Positions 9,654-18,351 of a DNA stretch of 64,000 bases are shown here, one piece after another. The stretch comes from Alphaproteobacteria bacterium (GTDB taxonomy: Bacteria > Pseudomonadota > Alphaproteobacteria > GCA-2731375): assembly GCA_965232515.1 (NCBI GenBank), contig CBDDPY010000002.1, positions 5,664,001-5,728,000 of the forward strand. The letters are read 5' to 3'. The notes beneath the pieces are model-generated. The model saw only the letters and a program-made list of their open reading frames with translations. It was not told the DNA's origin and did no database searches. Every line of letters begins with the position of its first letter. Position 1 is the stretch's first letter. Both the position numbers and the translations under genes were made by a program.

Positions 9654-10706
9654 TTACGTCCTTGCATACCAAGTCCCTTTCCTCTTGCCATGCTGGGAAA
9701 GATGATTGGCACTCACCAGTGTTTGCAGGTGTTTCTTGACCGTGTTGCGGTTCGCGCCGGTGGCGGTGACGATCTGGCCGATCGTGATTTTTCCGTGCGC
9801 CCTCGCCAGTTCGAGGATTTCAAGCGACAGGTCCGGCAGGCTATCGACCATAATCCGCTCGCGCTCGATTTTCCGGGCCAACCGGTTTTTTTGCTCTTGC
9901 AAGGCGCGCAGGAAATACGCAACCCACGGCTCCCATTCGGGTCTATCGCTGCGGATGGTGCCTTGCGTCTGCCGTAGGGCGAGGTAGTACCCCTCCTTGG
10001 TCTGCTCGATCACGCTTTCCAGCGAGCTATAAGGCACATAGCCATAGCCGCAACGCAGCAGGAGCAGCGTTGTTAAAATGCGCGACAGCCTGCCGTTGCC
10101 GTCCTGAAACGGGTGGATTTCCAAAAAAACTACCGTAAACACAGCGATCACGAGCAGCGGGTGCAGGCGGCCTTCTGCCAGTGCGGTACGGGTCCAGTCC
10201 ACGAGCTCAGCCATAAGCCGGGGCGTATCGAACGGTGTGGCGGTTTCAAACACCACTCCAATCTCCTTTCCGACGTCATCAATAGCGGTGACATGATTGG
10301 TGGTGGTTTTGTATGCGCCGCGGTGTCGTTCGTCCTTGGCGCTGTGGATGAGCAGATCGCGGTGCAGTTGCAGGATATGGTTTTCGGTTATCTCGATTGC
10401 TTCGGCACTTGCGAAAACCGTTTCCATGACTTCCGCATACCCGGCCACTTCCTGTTCGTCGCGTGTCTCGAACGCCTTGATTTCGAGGTTAGATAAAAGC
10501 CGCTCAACTTCGCGGTCGGACAGCTTGCTTCCCTCGATCCGCGTGGAGGATCCGATACTTTCGATGGTGGCGACCCGGCGCAGCGCTGACAGCCGCTCAG
10601 GGGCCAGCGTGCCGAGGGCCTTCCATGCGCCCTTGAACTCGTCCAGCTCGGCAATGAGGGAGAGGATTTCAGGGGTGATCGTCAAGGTATCGGTGTTTAA
10701 GCTCAT
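9654..10706 (-). CDS. Fic family protein with a C-terminal HTH
   Basis: Fic motif HPFQDGNGRLSR; inhibitory-type motif SSTRIEG. Confidence 0.9.
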   Translation of the reverse strand: MSLNTDTLTITPEILSLIAELDEFKGAWKALGTLAPERLSALRRVATIESIGSSTRIEGSKLSDREVERLLSNLEIKAFETRDEQEVAGYAEVMETVFASAEAIEITENHILQLHRDLLIHSAKDERHRGAYKTTTNHVTAIDDVGKEIGVVFETATPFDTPRLMAELVDWTRTALAEGRLHPLLVIAVFTVVFLEIHPFQDGNGRLSRILTTLLLLRCGYGYVPYSSLESVIEQTKEGYYLALRQTQGTIRSDRPEWEPWVAYFLRALQEQKNRLARKIERERIMVDSLPDLSLEILELARAHGKITIGQIVTATGANRNTVKKHLQTLVSANHLSQHGKRKGTWYART

Positions 10707-10790
10707 ACCCAAAAATATACCCAAAAATATCCATAAATTCAAGATTCGGGGCCTGATACCCGAAAATACACCCATAAATATCCAAAAACT
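10705..10790. repeat. Two arrays of three 11-12-bp direct repeats (ATACCCAAAAAT-like) upstream of fic
   Basis: ATACCCAAAAAT x2 + ATCCATAAATT (10705-10739); ATACCCGAAAAT, ACACCCATAAAT, ATCCAAAAACT (10756-10790). Confidence 0.75.
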
Positions 10791-11143
10791 GTGGATGCCT
10801 CCCCCGCTAATCGCGGGGGCCGTGCTCTATTCCGCTAAGCTCGTTCCTCGCCAAGCTCCACGGAGCCATCGAAGATGTCTCCGCCCATACGGGTAACGAT
10901 CACTGGCGCAAGACAGTGGACAGCTTCGCGAGGGTGTTCTCGTTTCCGCGCTCAAAAGTAGCGCTCCCGCGGGACCACCGGGAACCCCGCTCAAGCTGAT
11001 CGCCGCTTCCCGCCACATTCTGTAGCTCCTTGCAGGCTATCTCGTTTTTGAAGAGCCGTTTCAAACCCTTCCAAAGCAACATTGGGGTAGTGAGCAAGCG
11101 CCACGGGCGGTGATTATTCGGCCCGGTTTATTGTCGGCCTGGA

Positions 11144-11182
11144 ATGAAAACGGCCTCGGGGCGGGGCGAAGGCCGTTTTCAT
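11144..11182. terminator. Hairpin downstream of the relaxase, probable terminator
   Basis: 13-bp inverted repeat ATGAAAACGGCCT / AGGCCGTTTTCAT. Confidence 0.5.
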
Positions 11183-11253
11183 CCCATTCCGAAGCAACAA
11201 ACCTCACACCATGAATGTGGTGGAAAGGTTTTCAAGTCGCTAATCAAACGCTT

Positions 11254-12555
11254 CTATTGCTCAAACTCGAACTTTGTACAGAGGCTGATTGCTCTTTCTC
11301 TTTCCTCATTCACTTTCCGCACGCTTTCATTGCTTGCGCTTGGATCAGACCCCATTGCAGCGTATTCCGAGAGCTGCGCATAGAGGTTATCCAGTTGAGA
11401 GCCGTAGTTCGCTTTGGCCGATTCAAGACGTTGTTGCAGTTTTTGTCGGTGTAGGCGTTGCCGATCTTCAAGCGCCTGTTGCTCCTGTCCGTCCCGTTGT
11501 AGACAGCGCTGTGCGGCAAAATCATTTTCTTTGGCAATCAGAGCATGTTTGCCTGTAATGCGGTGCCATAAACCTCTTAGGCCCTCTGAAAACCGAGCCG
11601 CACGTTCGGCCGCTTCCGCTTGCCAGCGCTCATCCTGTTGCGCTTTGAGAGTTTCGCGCTCCTGCCGATGACGCTGCGTCATTTCTGCTCGCTGCGATTC
11701 AAAAGCGCGCAAATCTTCTTTTGCGGCCTGTGTGACTTCCGCAACATATTTCTCAAGCTTTGGCGTCATGCGTTTGGCTGCCTTCGCCTGGACAGCTTCA
11801 ACACTTGGCAAATCTTGAGGTTCGCCAAGACGCTGCGCCAGTTCGTTGGATTTGACCCCCGACCAGCGGGAGAGCGAGTAAATGTTGCCTTCGTAATCGA
11901 CGCAGACAAATCCCCGCCTATCGCCTTGCGCCAAGAACAGCCCTGATCGCTCCAGCGCTGCCTCAAAGGATTGGCGATTGTCGCTGCAATTCCAGCTTGC
12001 CTTGACATGCTGCTTAAGATGTTTCGGCTGACGTTTGCCGCGTTTGGCCTCCTGATATTCTTCATAAGTGTAGTTCATGGGATCGGACTCCTGACCTTCA
12101 ATAAATCCGGCTGGAATTTCCCACCCGTGTTGAATGAAGAGGTCCAGCGCCAGGCCGTTCAGCTTGCGCTTGGGGTAATCCAGCTTGATAGCCTTCATGG
12201 TTTCGAGACTTATGCGTGACCACACAGCATGAGCATGGGTACGGCCTTCTTTGGTGTGCAGAACAATCGCTCGGCTTTGCCCGTTCAGCCCAAGGGTCAT
12301 TTCCGCCCGGTTAACCGCATCTATGAAATCCTGCCGAGAAACGTCGGCATCGGCGGGCGGGTTGAGACTGAGCGAGTAAAGATACTTCTTGCACTTCGTC
12401 GAGCGGCTAATTGCCTGTACCTCTAGAAATGCATCCATAAGCGTATCGGCGGCAAACCCGCGCATCTCGAGGATTTCGATATGCTCGTTTTCATCCTTCA
12501 TTAGATGAAGGGCGGACTCTGCAGCATTGCCCCTGATGTTGCCGACAAGGTTCAT
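11254..12555 (-). CDS. Relaxase/mobilization nuclease (MOBP/VirD2-like)
   Basis: LYSLSLNPP; HTKEGRTHAHAVWSRI (HUH motif); C-terminal coiled coil; lies directly after mobC. Confidence 0.85.
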   Translation of the reverse strand: MNLVGNIRGNAAESALHLMKDENEHIEILEMRGFAADTLMDAFLEVQAISRSTKCKKYLYSLSLNPPADADVSRQDFIDAVNRAEMTLGLNGQSRAIVLHTKEGRTHAHAVWSRISLETMKAIKLDYPKRKLNGLALDLFIQHGWEIPAGFIEGQESDPMNYTYEEYQEAKRGKRQPKHLKQHVKASWNCSDNRQSFEAALERSGLFLAQGDRRGFVCVDYEGNIYSLSRWSGVKSNELAQRLGEPQDLPSVEAVQAKAAKRMTPKLEKYVAEVTQAAKEDLRAFESQRAEMTQRHRQERETLKAQQDERWQAEAAERAARFSEGLRGLWHRITGKHALIAKENDFAAQRCLQRDGQEQQALEDRQRLHRQKLQQRLESAKANYGSQLDNLYAQLSEYAAMGSDPSASNESVRKVNEERERAISLCTKFEFEQ

Positions 12556-12559
12556 GACG

Positions 12560-12982
12560 CTATCGGCGCAAACCAAGCGCCCGAACAAGCATCAAACGCA
12601 TTTCGCTTACGTGCTCACAGGCTTGCATGAGTTCCCGGCATACTTCTGGCGTCACAGGCAAAGCGCCGGAGTTTGCGGCCTTGGCGAGTTGATTGAGGTT
12701 GCTTGAAAGGCGGGATTGCCCGAGCATCCCCAACGCCTTTGCGAGCGATTTCGCATCGGCCACCGGGCGGGCGTTTCTTGATCGCAATGATCCATCGTCT
12801 TCAAAAAGGAGGCTACGGACATGCACGCCGAGCGGCTTGCCTTTGGCGTCCTCTTGGAGCCGTTTACGCTGCTGGTTCGTTAGGCGAATCGAGAACGGGT
12901 AGGTCTGTTTCCTCTTTTGTGCGGGGCTGGGCGCGCACGCATGCGCCCACACCCCGGCGAGGCCGGGTGTGTCCTTCGGCAT
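12560..12982 (-). CDS. mobC: MobC relaxosome accessory protein
   Basis: PFSIRLT RHH strand and LG...SNLNQLAKAAN motif; start uncertain. Confidence 0.8.
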   Translation of the reverse strand: MPKDTPGLAGVWAHACAPSPAQKRKQTYPFSIRLTNQQRKRLQEDAKGKPLGVHVRSLLFEDDGSLRSRNARPVADAKSLAKALGMLGQSRLSSNLNQLAKAANSGALPVTPEVCRELMQACEHVSEMRLMLVRALGLRR

Positions 12983-13024
12983 TGAAGACTCCTGTTATGT
13001 TGAATGATTTCCACAACAGGATAA

Positions 13025-13060
13025 GAGGCGAGGCTTGCCCACACCCATCATATCCTGCGA
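13025..13060 (+). other. Putative oriT (MOBP-type nick region)
   Basis: ATATCCTG|C at 13050-13058 matches the IncP/T-DNA border core YATCCTG|Y, about 70 bp upstream of mobC. Confidence 0.6.
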
Positions 13061-13108
13061 CTTGCGCAGGATTTGAACCTGCGACGTGCAGGTTAAGTTG
13101 ATTGCACT

Positions 13109-13120
13109 CCCCCGCAACCA
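13109..13120 (+). other. att site: displaced 3' end of tRNA-fMet
   Basis: CCCCCGCAACCA lies at the GC transition and is directly followed by a terminator hairpin. Confidence 0.7.
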
Positions 13121-13130
13121 CCGAAAATCG

Positions 13131-13160
13131 ACGCCCCGGCGCATCCGCGCCGGGGCGTTA
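13131..13160. terminator. Rho-independent terminator
   Basis: Perfect 12-bp stem ACGCCCCGGCGC-atcc-GCGCCGGGGCGT followed by TAGTTGTT. Confidence 0.7.
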
Positions 13161-13235
13161 GTTGTTGCGGTCCTTGCCGCGGATCGGTCGTGCGCCAAAG
13201 GTAATAGGGTCGGGGGCTTGGCGTGCGGCGGTTGG

Positions 13236-14459
13236 TCAGGGCGCGTGCTTGACGACCGTTCCGCCCTGGACGATGAGCTTCAGGTTCGCTTCCGGCGCCT
13301 GCAGCACGCCGAGATCGTCGAGCGGGTTGCCGTCGACGGCCAGCAGGTCGGCGCGGGCGCCGTCGCGCACGACTCCGAACTCGCCCGCCCGGCCGAAGGC
13401 TTGCGCCGCGGTGCAGGTGGCGCTGCGCAGGATGTCGGCATTGCTGACGATCCCCGCGCGCAGCGAGAACTCGTTCAGCTGGTGGACGTGCATGTCGCCC
13501 AGCAGATCCGTCCCGTAGACCAGCGGCACCCCGGCGCGATAGGCCATTTCGAGGGCCCCGGCGCCGGCGTCCAGCACCTCGTAGACCGTGTCGACCATCG
13601 ACTTCGGCATGCCGGCGGCGACGCCTTCGCTGGCGAGCGCGTGATAGGTCGAGAGCGTGGGCACGAGGTAGCCGCCATGCGTCAGGAACGCTGCGCAGGT
13701 CGACTCCTCCAACAGGTTCCCGTGCTCGATCGTGCGCACCCCGCATTCCAGCAGCCGCTCGATCGCGCGGGCGGTATAGGCGTGCGCCATGACGTAGATA
13801 TTGGCGGCGTCCGCCTCCTCGACGACGGCGCGGATCTCCTCCAGCGAAAACTGCGTGCTGTCGATGCGGTCGGTCGGCGAGGAGACGCCGCCCGAGGCCA
13901 TGATCTTGATCTGTGTCGCGCCCTTGCGGATTTCGTCGCGCGCGGCCCGGCGGACTTCGCTGACGCCATCGCAGATGCGCCCCAGTCCGGCGCAGCAGAA
14001 GCAGCCTTCGAACGTGTCCTGGCCGGGACTGCGCATGTCGCCGTGGCCGCCGGTCTGGGACAGCGCCTTGCCGGCGAACAGGATGCGCGGGCCGCGCAAC
14101 CAGCCCTCCTCGACCGCCCGCGCCAGGCCGTGGTCGGCGCCGCCGGCGTCGCGCACGGTGGTGAAGCCGCGCATCAGCATGTCTTCCAGGATCTGTCCCG
14201 CCCGCGCGGTCACGTAGGTCGGCGACCAGGTGTTCAGCAGCGGAAAGTTCGGCGTCGCGGCGGTAACGTGCACATGCCCGTCGACCAGGCCCGGCATCAG
14301 GGTGAGGCCCTTGAGGTCGATCGTCTCGGCGGCGGCCGCCGCCGCGCCGGTATCGATGTCGACGATACGTCCGCCGTCGATATGCACCGTCCGCTCACCG
14401 ATCAACTCGCCCGCCTCGACGTCGAGCACGTTCGCGTTCAGCAGCGCCAGTTCACTCAT
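13236..14459 (-). CDS. Metal-dependent amidohydrolase (Xaa-Pro dipeptidase-like)
   Basis: MPGLVDGHVH, GFTTVRDAGG, QIKIMASGG, MAHAY, IEHG, GTD. Confidence 0.9.
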   Translation of the reverse strand: MSELALLNANVLDVEAGELIGERTVHIDGGRIVDIDTGAAAAAAETIDLKGLTLMPGLVDGHVHVTAATPNFPLLNTWSPTYVTARAGQILEDMLMRGFTTVRDAGGADHGLARAVEEGWLRGPRILFAGKALSQTGGHGDMRSPGQDTFEGCFCCAGLGRICDGVSEVRRAARDEIRKGATQIKIMASGGVSSPTDRIDSTQFSLEEIRAVVEEADAANIYVMAHAYTARAIERLLECGVRTIEHGNLLEESTCAAFLTHGGYLVPTLSTYHALASEGVAAGMPKSMVDTVYEVLDAGAGALEMAYRAGVPLVYGTDLLGDMHVHQLNEFSLRAGIVSNADILRSATCTAAQAFGRAGEFGVVRDGARADLLAVDGNPLDDLGVLQAPEANLKLIVQGGTVVKHAP

Positions 14460-14667
14460 GGCCTCTTTATGCCCCATGCTTGCGTGATGCCGGGCGATCG
14501 CGGGCGCGTCGCCATGTCTCGTCCCGCCCCGTTGTCCCCTGCGTCGTGCAGGGCGCCGCGGCGCGAACCGGCTCAGCGGTAAGGAAAGCAGCAACCGTTC
14601 GTCAGGTTAGCAAGGCCGGTTCGACCGCGTCCAGCGGCGCCGCACCGCCGTCGGCCGGCGGCAGACG

Positions 14668-15801
14668 CTATTCCCGCGTAGCGCCGGGAGGCGGCCTTCG
14701 GCCGAGCAGGCCGGCGGCGATCCCGACGGACATTTGCAGGTGGCGGCCGAGGTCCGGCTTCACCAGCATGCCGGCGGCAAGCCAGAAGAGATAGCGGATC
14801 GTACTGCCGGGGTAGAGGCGGAAGAACCAGAGGCGATTCTGCGCGCTATGCGCGGGCGCGGCGAGCAGACGCAGGGCGTGGGGGGCGTCGTCGACCCTGA
14901 TCAGGTCCCGATGCTTGTCGATCGCGTGCGCGAGGCGGCGACAGCGGTCGCGACAGGCGAAGACCAGCAACAGGATCGCCAGCATGTTGACCGAGACGGC
15001 CAGCAGGTTTTCGCGGCGGCGCGCCTCGAAAAAGGCCGGCCAGTCGATGTCGTCTTCCAGGCAGGTGACGACCGTATGGAGGTCGGCCAGGCTCTTGGCC
15101 CGGACCTTTCCGAGCTCGATGTCGGCGATCAACGACACGATCAGCAGCAGCAGGGAATCCTCGTCCGACAGTACGGCGTAACTGTCGCCGGAAATCGGAA
15201 ACCGTCGCGTCGCCGCCCAGATCCGCGTCAGATCGATGTCGTAGGCCGGGCGCGTGCGGAAACACCAATGCAGGTCGACGGCGACGTCCGCTCGCCGCAA
15301 GCCGATCGCGTGCACGAACCGGCTCGTCAGCATCGCGGGCAGGCGCGGACGACCGTCGTCGTCATAGCCCAATGCCCGCATCGCCGCCCGCAGACGCGGC
15401 AGATCCTCGGGCCGGACCAGAATGTCGAGATCGCGCAGCCGCCGCGCGCCGATATCGCCATAGAAATGCAGGGCGAAGTGGAAGCCCTTGAGCAGGATGA
15501 TATCGATGTCGTGGGTCGCCGCCGTTCGGTGCAGCTCATGCAGTGCGTCGCCCAGCATCCCGGACCGGTCCCGGTCGTTGGCGGCGAAGCCGAGCAGCGC
15601 CATGACCAGCCAGGCGGGCAGGCGGTCCGATGCCTGGCTTCGCTCAATCCGCCAACGCAGATACGCGCCGAGATCGTGGGTCGCGAGGAAGCTGAGAAAC
15701 GCTTCGGACTGGAAGTCCGGCGCCGTGAGCGCGGTCGCGACCGCGTCCCAGTCGCCGCGCGCCGCCGCCGCGATGATCGGAAAATGCGCTTGCCAGGTCA
15801 T
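14668..15801 (-). CDS. Nucleotidyltransferase (NTP_transf_5 family)
   Basis: ILLKG.....FY.....R...DLDILV and VDLHW signatures. Confidence 0.85.
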   Translation of the reverse strand: MTWQAHFPIIAAAARGDWDAVATALTAPDFQSEAFLSFLATHDLGAYLRWRIERSQASDRLPAWLVMALLGFAANDRDRSGMLGDALHELHRTAATHDIDIILLKGFHFALHFYGDIGARRLRDLDILVRPEDLPRLRAAMRALGYDDDGRPRLPAMLTSRFVHAIGLRRADVAVDLHWCFRTRPAYDIDLTRIWAATRRFPISGDSYAVLSDEDSLLLLIVSLIADIELGKVRAKSLADLHTVVTCLEDDIDWPAFFEARRRENLLAVSVNMLAILLLVFACRDRCRRLAHAIDKHRDLIRVDDAPHALRLLAAPAHSAQNRLWFFRLYPGSTIRYLFWLAAGMLVKPDLGRHLQMSVGIAAGLLGRRPPPGATRE

Positions 15802-15831
15802 GGGATCGCCGCGCGCCGCGGTTTCGGCGGG

Positions 15832-16932
15832 CTAGGTCGGGCTCGCGTTTGACGCGGCCTCGGCCAGGATGCGTTTTGCCCGGATCTCCAGGTCGTCCGG
15901 ATCGGCCGCCTCCGCCTGCCGCAGCCATGGAAGTGCGCGCCCGGGCTCGCCCTGGCGCAGCCAGCAAACGCCCATCAGACCCCAGGCCAGCGCGCCGAAC
16001 AGGCGGCGGTCGTAGCCCAGCTCGCTTCGCGCCGGCCCGTCGGGTCCGAACGCCAGCAGCCGGTCGAGGCAGGCCCGCGCCGCGGAAAACCGCCCGGCCG
16101 CCTCATGATGGCGCGCGGTCCACCATAGCACCGACGGGTCGTCGCCGTGGCGGGCGGCGGCTTCGTCCAGCAGCACCGCGGCGTCGGCGAGCGCGACGTC
16201 GGCATCTGATGTGTGCAGGTCCAGCAGATCGGCGTAGATCAGGGCATCGCCGGGCCGGGGATCGCGGCGTCGCAGCACGGCCAGGCCCTGCCGCCAGGCG
16301 CGCTCGGCCGCGGCCGCGTCGCCCAGGCCCCGCTCGGCTTCGCCGAGCGCGTGCCAGAGATAGATCCGCGCCGGATCGGCCTCGACGGCGCGGCGCAGCA
16401 GTGGGTGGTTGCGCCGGTGCTTGGCGTCCAGATTGCCCTCGTAGCCAAGGTGCTCGATGGCCATCGGCGCATCGGTGATCACCGCGTCTTCGGCGGCTGT
16501 GATCCGCTGCAGGTCCGGTACCACGGTTTCGTGGATGACGCCGCGAAACCGGATGTCCGGCCGATTGCGGAACAGGCGGTGCTCGCGATAGGGCGTCAGG
16601 CGGCTGTTGGCGCGAAAGCGGACGCGCGCGGCGACCGCCGATCCATCCCGCAGCACCGGATCGAGCCGGCCATTCAGCGAGACCCGTTCATCGGCGTCGA
16701 TGTAGAGAATCCAATCGCCCGTCGCATGGGCGAGCGCGGTGTTGCGGGCGCGCGAAAAATCATCGCGCCAGGGTTCGCGCACCAGGCGCGCGCCGTGCGC
16801 AACCGCGATGTCGGGTGTACGGTCCCGCGACCCGGTATCGACCACCACGACCTCATCGGCCACGGCGGCGATACTGTCCAGGCAGGGGCCCAGATGTTCT
16901 TCCTCATCGCGGACGATAAGGGCCGCGCTCAG
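15832..16932 (-). CDS. GT2 glycosyltransferase with C-terminal TPR repeats (SunS-like architecture); start uncertain
   Basis: The frame extends upstream of the track ORF as LSAALIVRDEEEHL...DTGSRD...DDFSRARN...YIDADE...IHE, followed by helical repeats. Confidence 0.8.
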   Translation of the reverse strand: MSAALIVRDEEEHLGPCLDSIAAVADEVVVVDTGSRDRTPDIAVAHGARLVREPWRDDFSRARNTALAHATGDWILYIDADERVSLNGRLDPVLRDGSAVAARVRFRANSRLTPYREHRLFRNRPDIRFRGVIHETVVPDLQRITAAEDAVITDAPMAIEHLGYEGNLDAKHRRNHPLLRRAVEADPARIYLWHALGEAERGLGDAAAAERAWRQGLAVLRRRDPRPGDALIYADLLDLHTSDADVALADAAVLLDEAAARHGDDPSVLWWTARHHEAAGRFSAARACLDRLLAFGPDGPARSELGYDRRLFGALAWGLMGVCWLRQGEPGRALPWLRQAEAADPDDLEIRAKRILAEAASNASPT

Positions 16933-16976
16933 CCGTCCGTTTTGGCCGGCCGCGGCGGTGTCACGGTGTTGCGGGC

Positions 16977-17144
16977 TTACGACTGGTTGGAAGCCTGCGC
17001 CGCCGCCGGACGTGACATCAGTCCGGACATGGTGAACGTGGCAACGGCCGGCGCCACGAATCCGGCCTTTGCGACTTTCCGCATGAACTCGCGGCGAGCC
17101 GGTGACACGCGTGAAATCACGTCTTCCCGTTTTACATCAGACAT
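16977..17144 (-). CDS. 55-aa putative RiPP-like precursor peptide with a twin-arginine motif (absent from the ORF track)
   Basis: Hand translation: MSDVKREDVISRVSPARREFMRKVAKAGFVAPAVATFTMSGLMSRPAAAQASNQS*. RBS AAAGGGGG; lies between the kinase and GT2 genes. Confidence 0.8.
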   Translation of the reverse strand: MSDVKREDVISRVSPARREFMRKVAKAGFVAPAVATFTMSGLMSRPAAAQASNQS

Positions 17145-17188
17145 AGGACATGCCCCCTTTACGAGCGGTCAGACAATACAGAAGGCTA

Positions 17189-17217
17189 ATATTACGAGTT
17201 TTCGGCAGATTGCTCAA
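17189..17217 (-). promoter_or_regulatory. Putative sigma70 promoter for the peptide gene
   Basis: TTGAGC-N17-TAATAT on the minus strand, about 45 bp before the ATG. Confidence 0.5.
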
Positions 17218-17218
17218 G

Positions 17219-18040
17219 TCAGCCGGCGAACGCGGCCTCCAGTTGCGGCACGGCGTCGGCCACGTCGCCCAACACCAGTTCGTAGCCGCCGGCCGCGCCG
17301 AGCCGGCTTGCCGATGCGACCAGCACGTCCCCCGCTTCGCCCCAGCCCAGCCAGCTTTCCAGCAGGCGCTGAATGATCTGGAAGGGCGGACAGTGCGTCA
17401 GGCTGGTGGCGCCGCCATGATTGGGCGATATCGAGATCACGGCATCGACCGGACCGAGATCGATGCGCCAGTCGAACCCCTGGACGCCGGGATCGAGGGC
17501 GGAGATGTCGACCTCGCCCATCGACTTGCGCGGCAGGCTGTCGAGCGGCCGCCGCAGTTCCGGCACGTGGCGCTCGGCACCCGGTTTCAGGTGAAAGTTG
17601 CGCGGAAACGCCATGGTCCGGCCATCCCGCTCGAGCACGAACTCGTCGCCGTCGACGCGATGGCCGGCATACAGCAGGCGCGTCGCGAGCGTCGTCTTGC
17701 CCGCGCCCTTGTCGCCCAGAAACAGCAATCGGCGGCCGTTGACGGTCGCGAGCCCGCCGTGCAGCAGGGTCCAGCCGGCGAGGACATAGCGCTCCATGGT
17801 GCGGCGGTGAACGCGGCCGTAGACCACATGCAGCACGTCCTGTGCGGTCGCGACGTCGGCCAGCGGGTCGCCTTCCTCGAAGATCTCGTAAGGACCGATG
17901 CCCCGCACCTCGTAGCGCAGCGTCTTGCGTACGGATACCGGTTGGCGGGCCTTGGTGGCGAGATAGCGGAACGTGTCGGCGAGATCAGGATCCCGGTGCC
18001 CGATCTCGACGCGGCAGCTTAGGATCTGGAACGAGATCAA
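17219..18040 (-). CDS. HprK-related P-loop kinase (peptide kinase-like)
   Basis: LLHGG...LFLGDKGAGKTTL...VDGDEFV...AFPR. Confidence 0.8.
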   Translation of the reverse strand: MISFQILSCRVEIGHRDPDLADTFRYLATKARQPVSVRKTLRYEVRGIGPYEIFEEGDPLADVATAQDVLHVVYGRVHRRTMERYVLAGWTLLHGGLATVNGRRLLFLGDKGAGKTTLATRLLYAGHRVDGDEFVLERDGRTMAFPRNFHLKPGAERHVPELRRPLDSLPRKSMGEVDISALDPGVQGFDWRIDLGPVDAVISISPNHGGATSLTHCPPFQIIQRLLESWLGWGEAGDVLVASASRLGAAGGYELVLGDVADAVPQLEAAFAG

Positions 18041-18044
18041 CCCG

Positions 18045-18326
18045 CTACGCGGCCGAAGTAACGACCAGCACGCCTTCTTCCACGAGCTGCTTCAGCCCGG
18101 TCTCGACGTCGTCCAACGGCGGCGCGTCGAGCGAATGCAGATCGGCCATCGCCGCCGCCAGCTCGGCGGCGCTCGACGCACCGTCACAGAGCTCGAACAG
18201 CGCGCCGGCGGAGAAGTTAAGATGGTGCACGCGGTCGTTCGCCGGATTGAAGACGACGAGCCCATCCTGGGTCTCGTGCACCTCCAGGTCGGCGGCGCGG
18301 GTGTATTTCGGCGCGTCGGCGGACAT
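18045..18326 (-). CDS. PqqD-family protein / RiPP recognition element
   Basis: 93 aa with the pattern DGLVVFNP...VHHLN.SA..LFELCDG......LA...DV...L.QL.EEGVL. Confidence 0.9.
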   Translation of the reverse strand: MSADAPKYTRAADLEVHETQDGLVVFNPANDRVHHLNFSAGALFELCDGASSAAELAAAMADLHSLDAPPLDDVETGLKQLVEEGVLVVTSAA

Positions 18327-18351
18327 GGGCGGTTTACTAGCACAGGAATCG

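Larger units (their letters stand above)
1..13120. mobile_element. Integrative mobilizable element / genomic island, right part; the integrase and left end lie outside the window
   Basis: Visibly lower GC than the DNA after 13120. Contains mobC, relaxase, oriT, Fic and defence genes. Ends at CCCCCGCAACCA (tRNA-fMet 3' end) followed by a terminator. Confidence 0.8.

Noticed and set aside
10705-10790. CRISPR array
   Set aside because: The repeats are 11-12 bp with no unique spacers and there are no cas genes. The Cas4-like nuclease belongs to the TM0106 family.
13040-13125. Intact tRNA gene
   Set aside because: Only fragments on opposite strands are present; there is no D-arm or 5' acceptor strand.
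13236-14459. Amidohydrolase as the RiPP leader peptidase
   Set aside because: It is separated by about 200 bp, belongs to a widespread small-substrate/exopeptidase family, and nothing else links it to the cluster.
14668-18326. Lasso peptide or PQQ biosynthesis cluster
   Set aside because: There is no lasso cyclase or B2 peptidase, and no Asp/Glu in the putative core for a macrolactam. There is no pqqBCE and no ExxxY motif.
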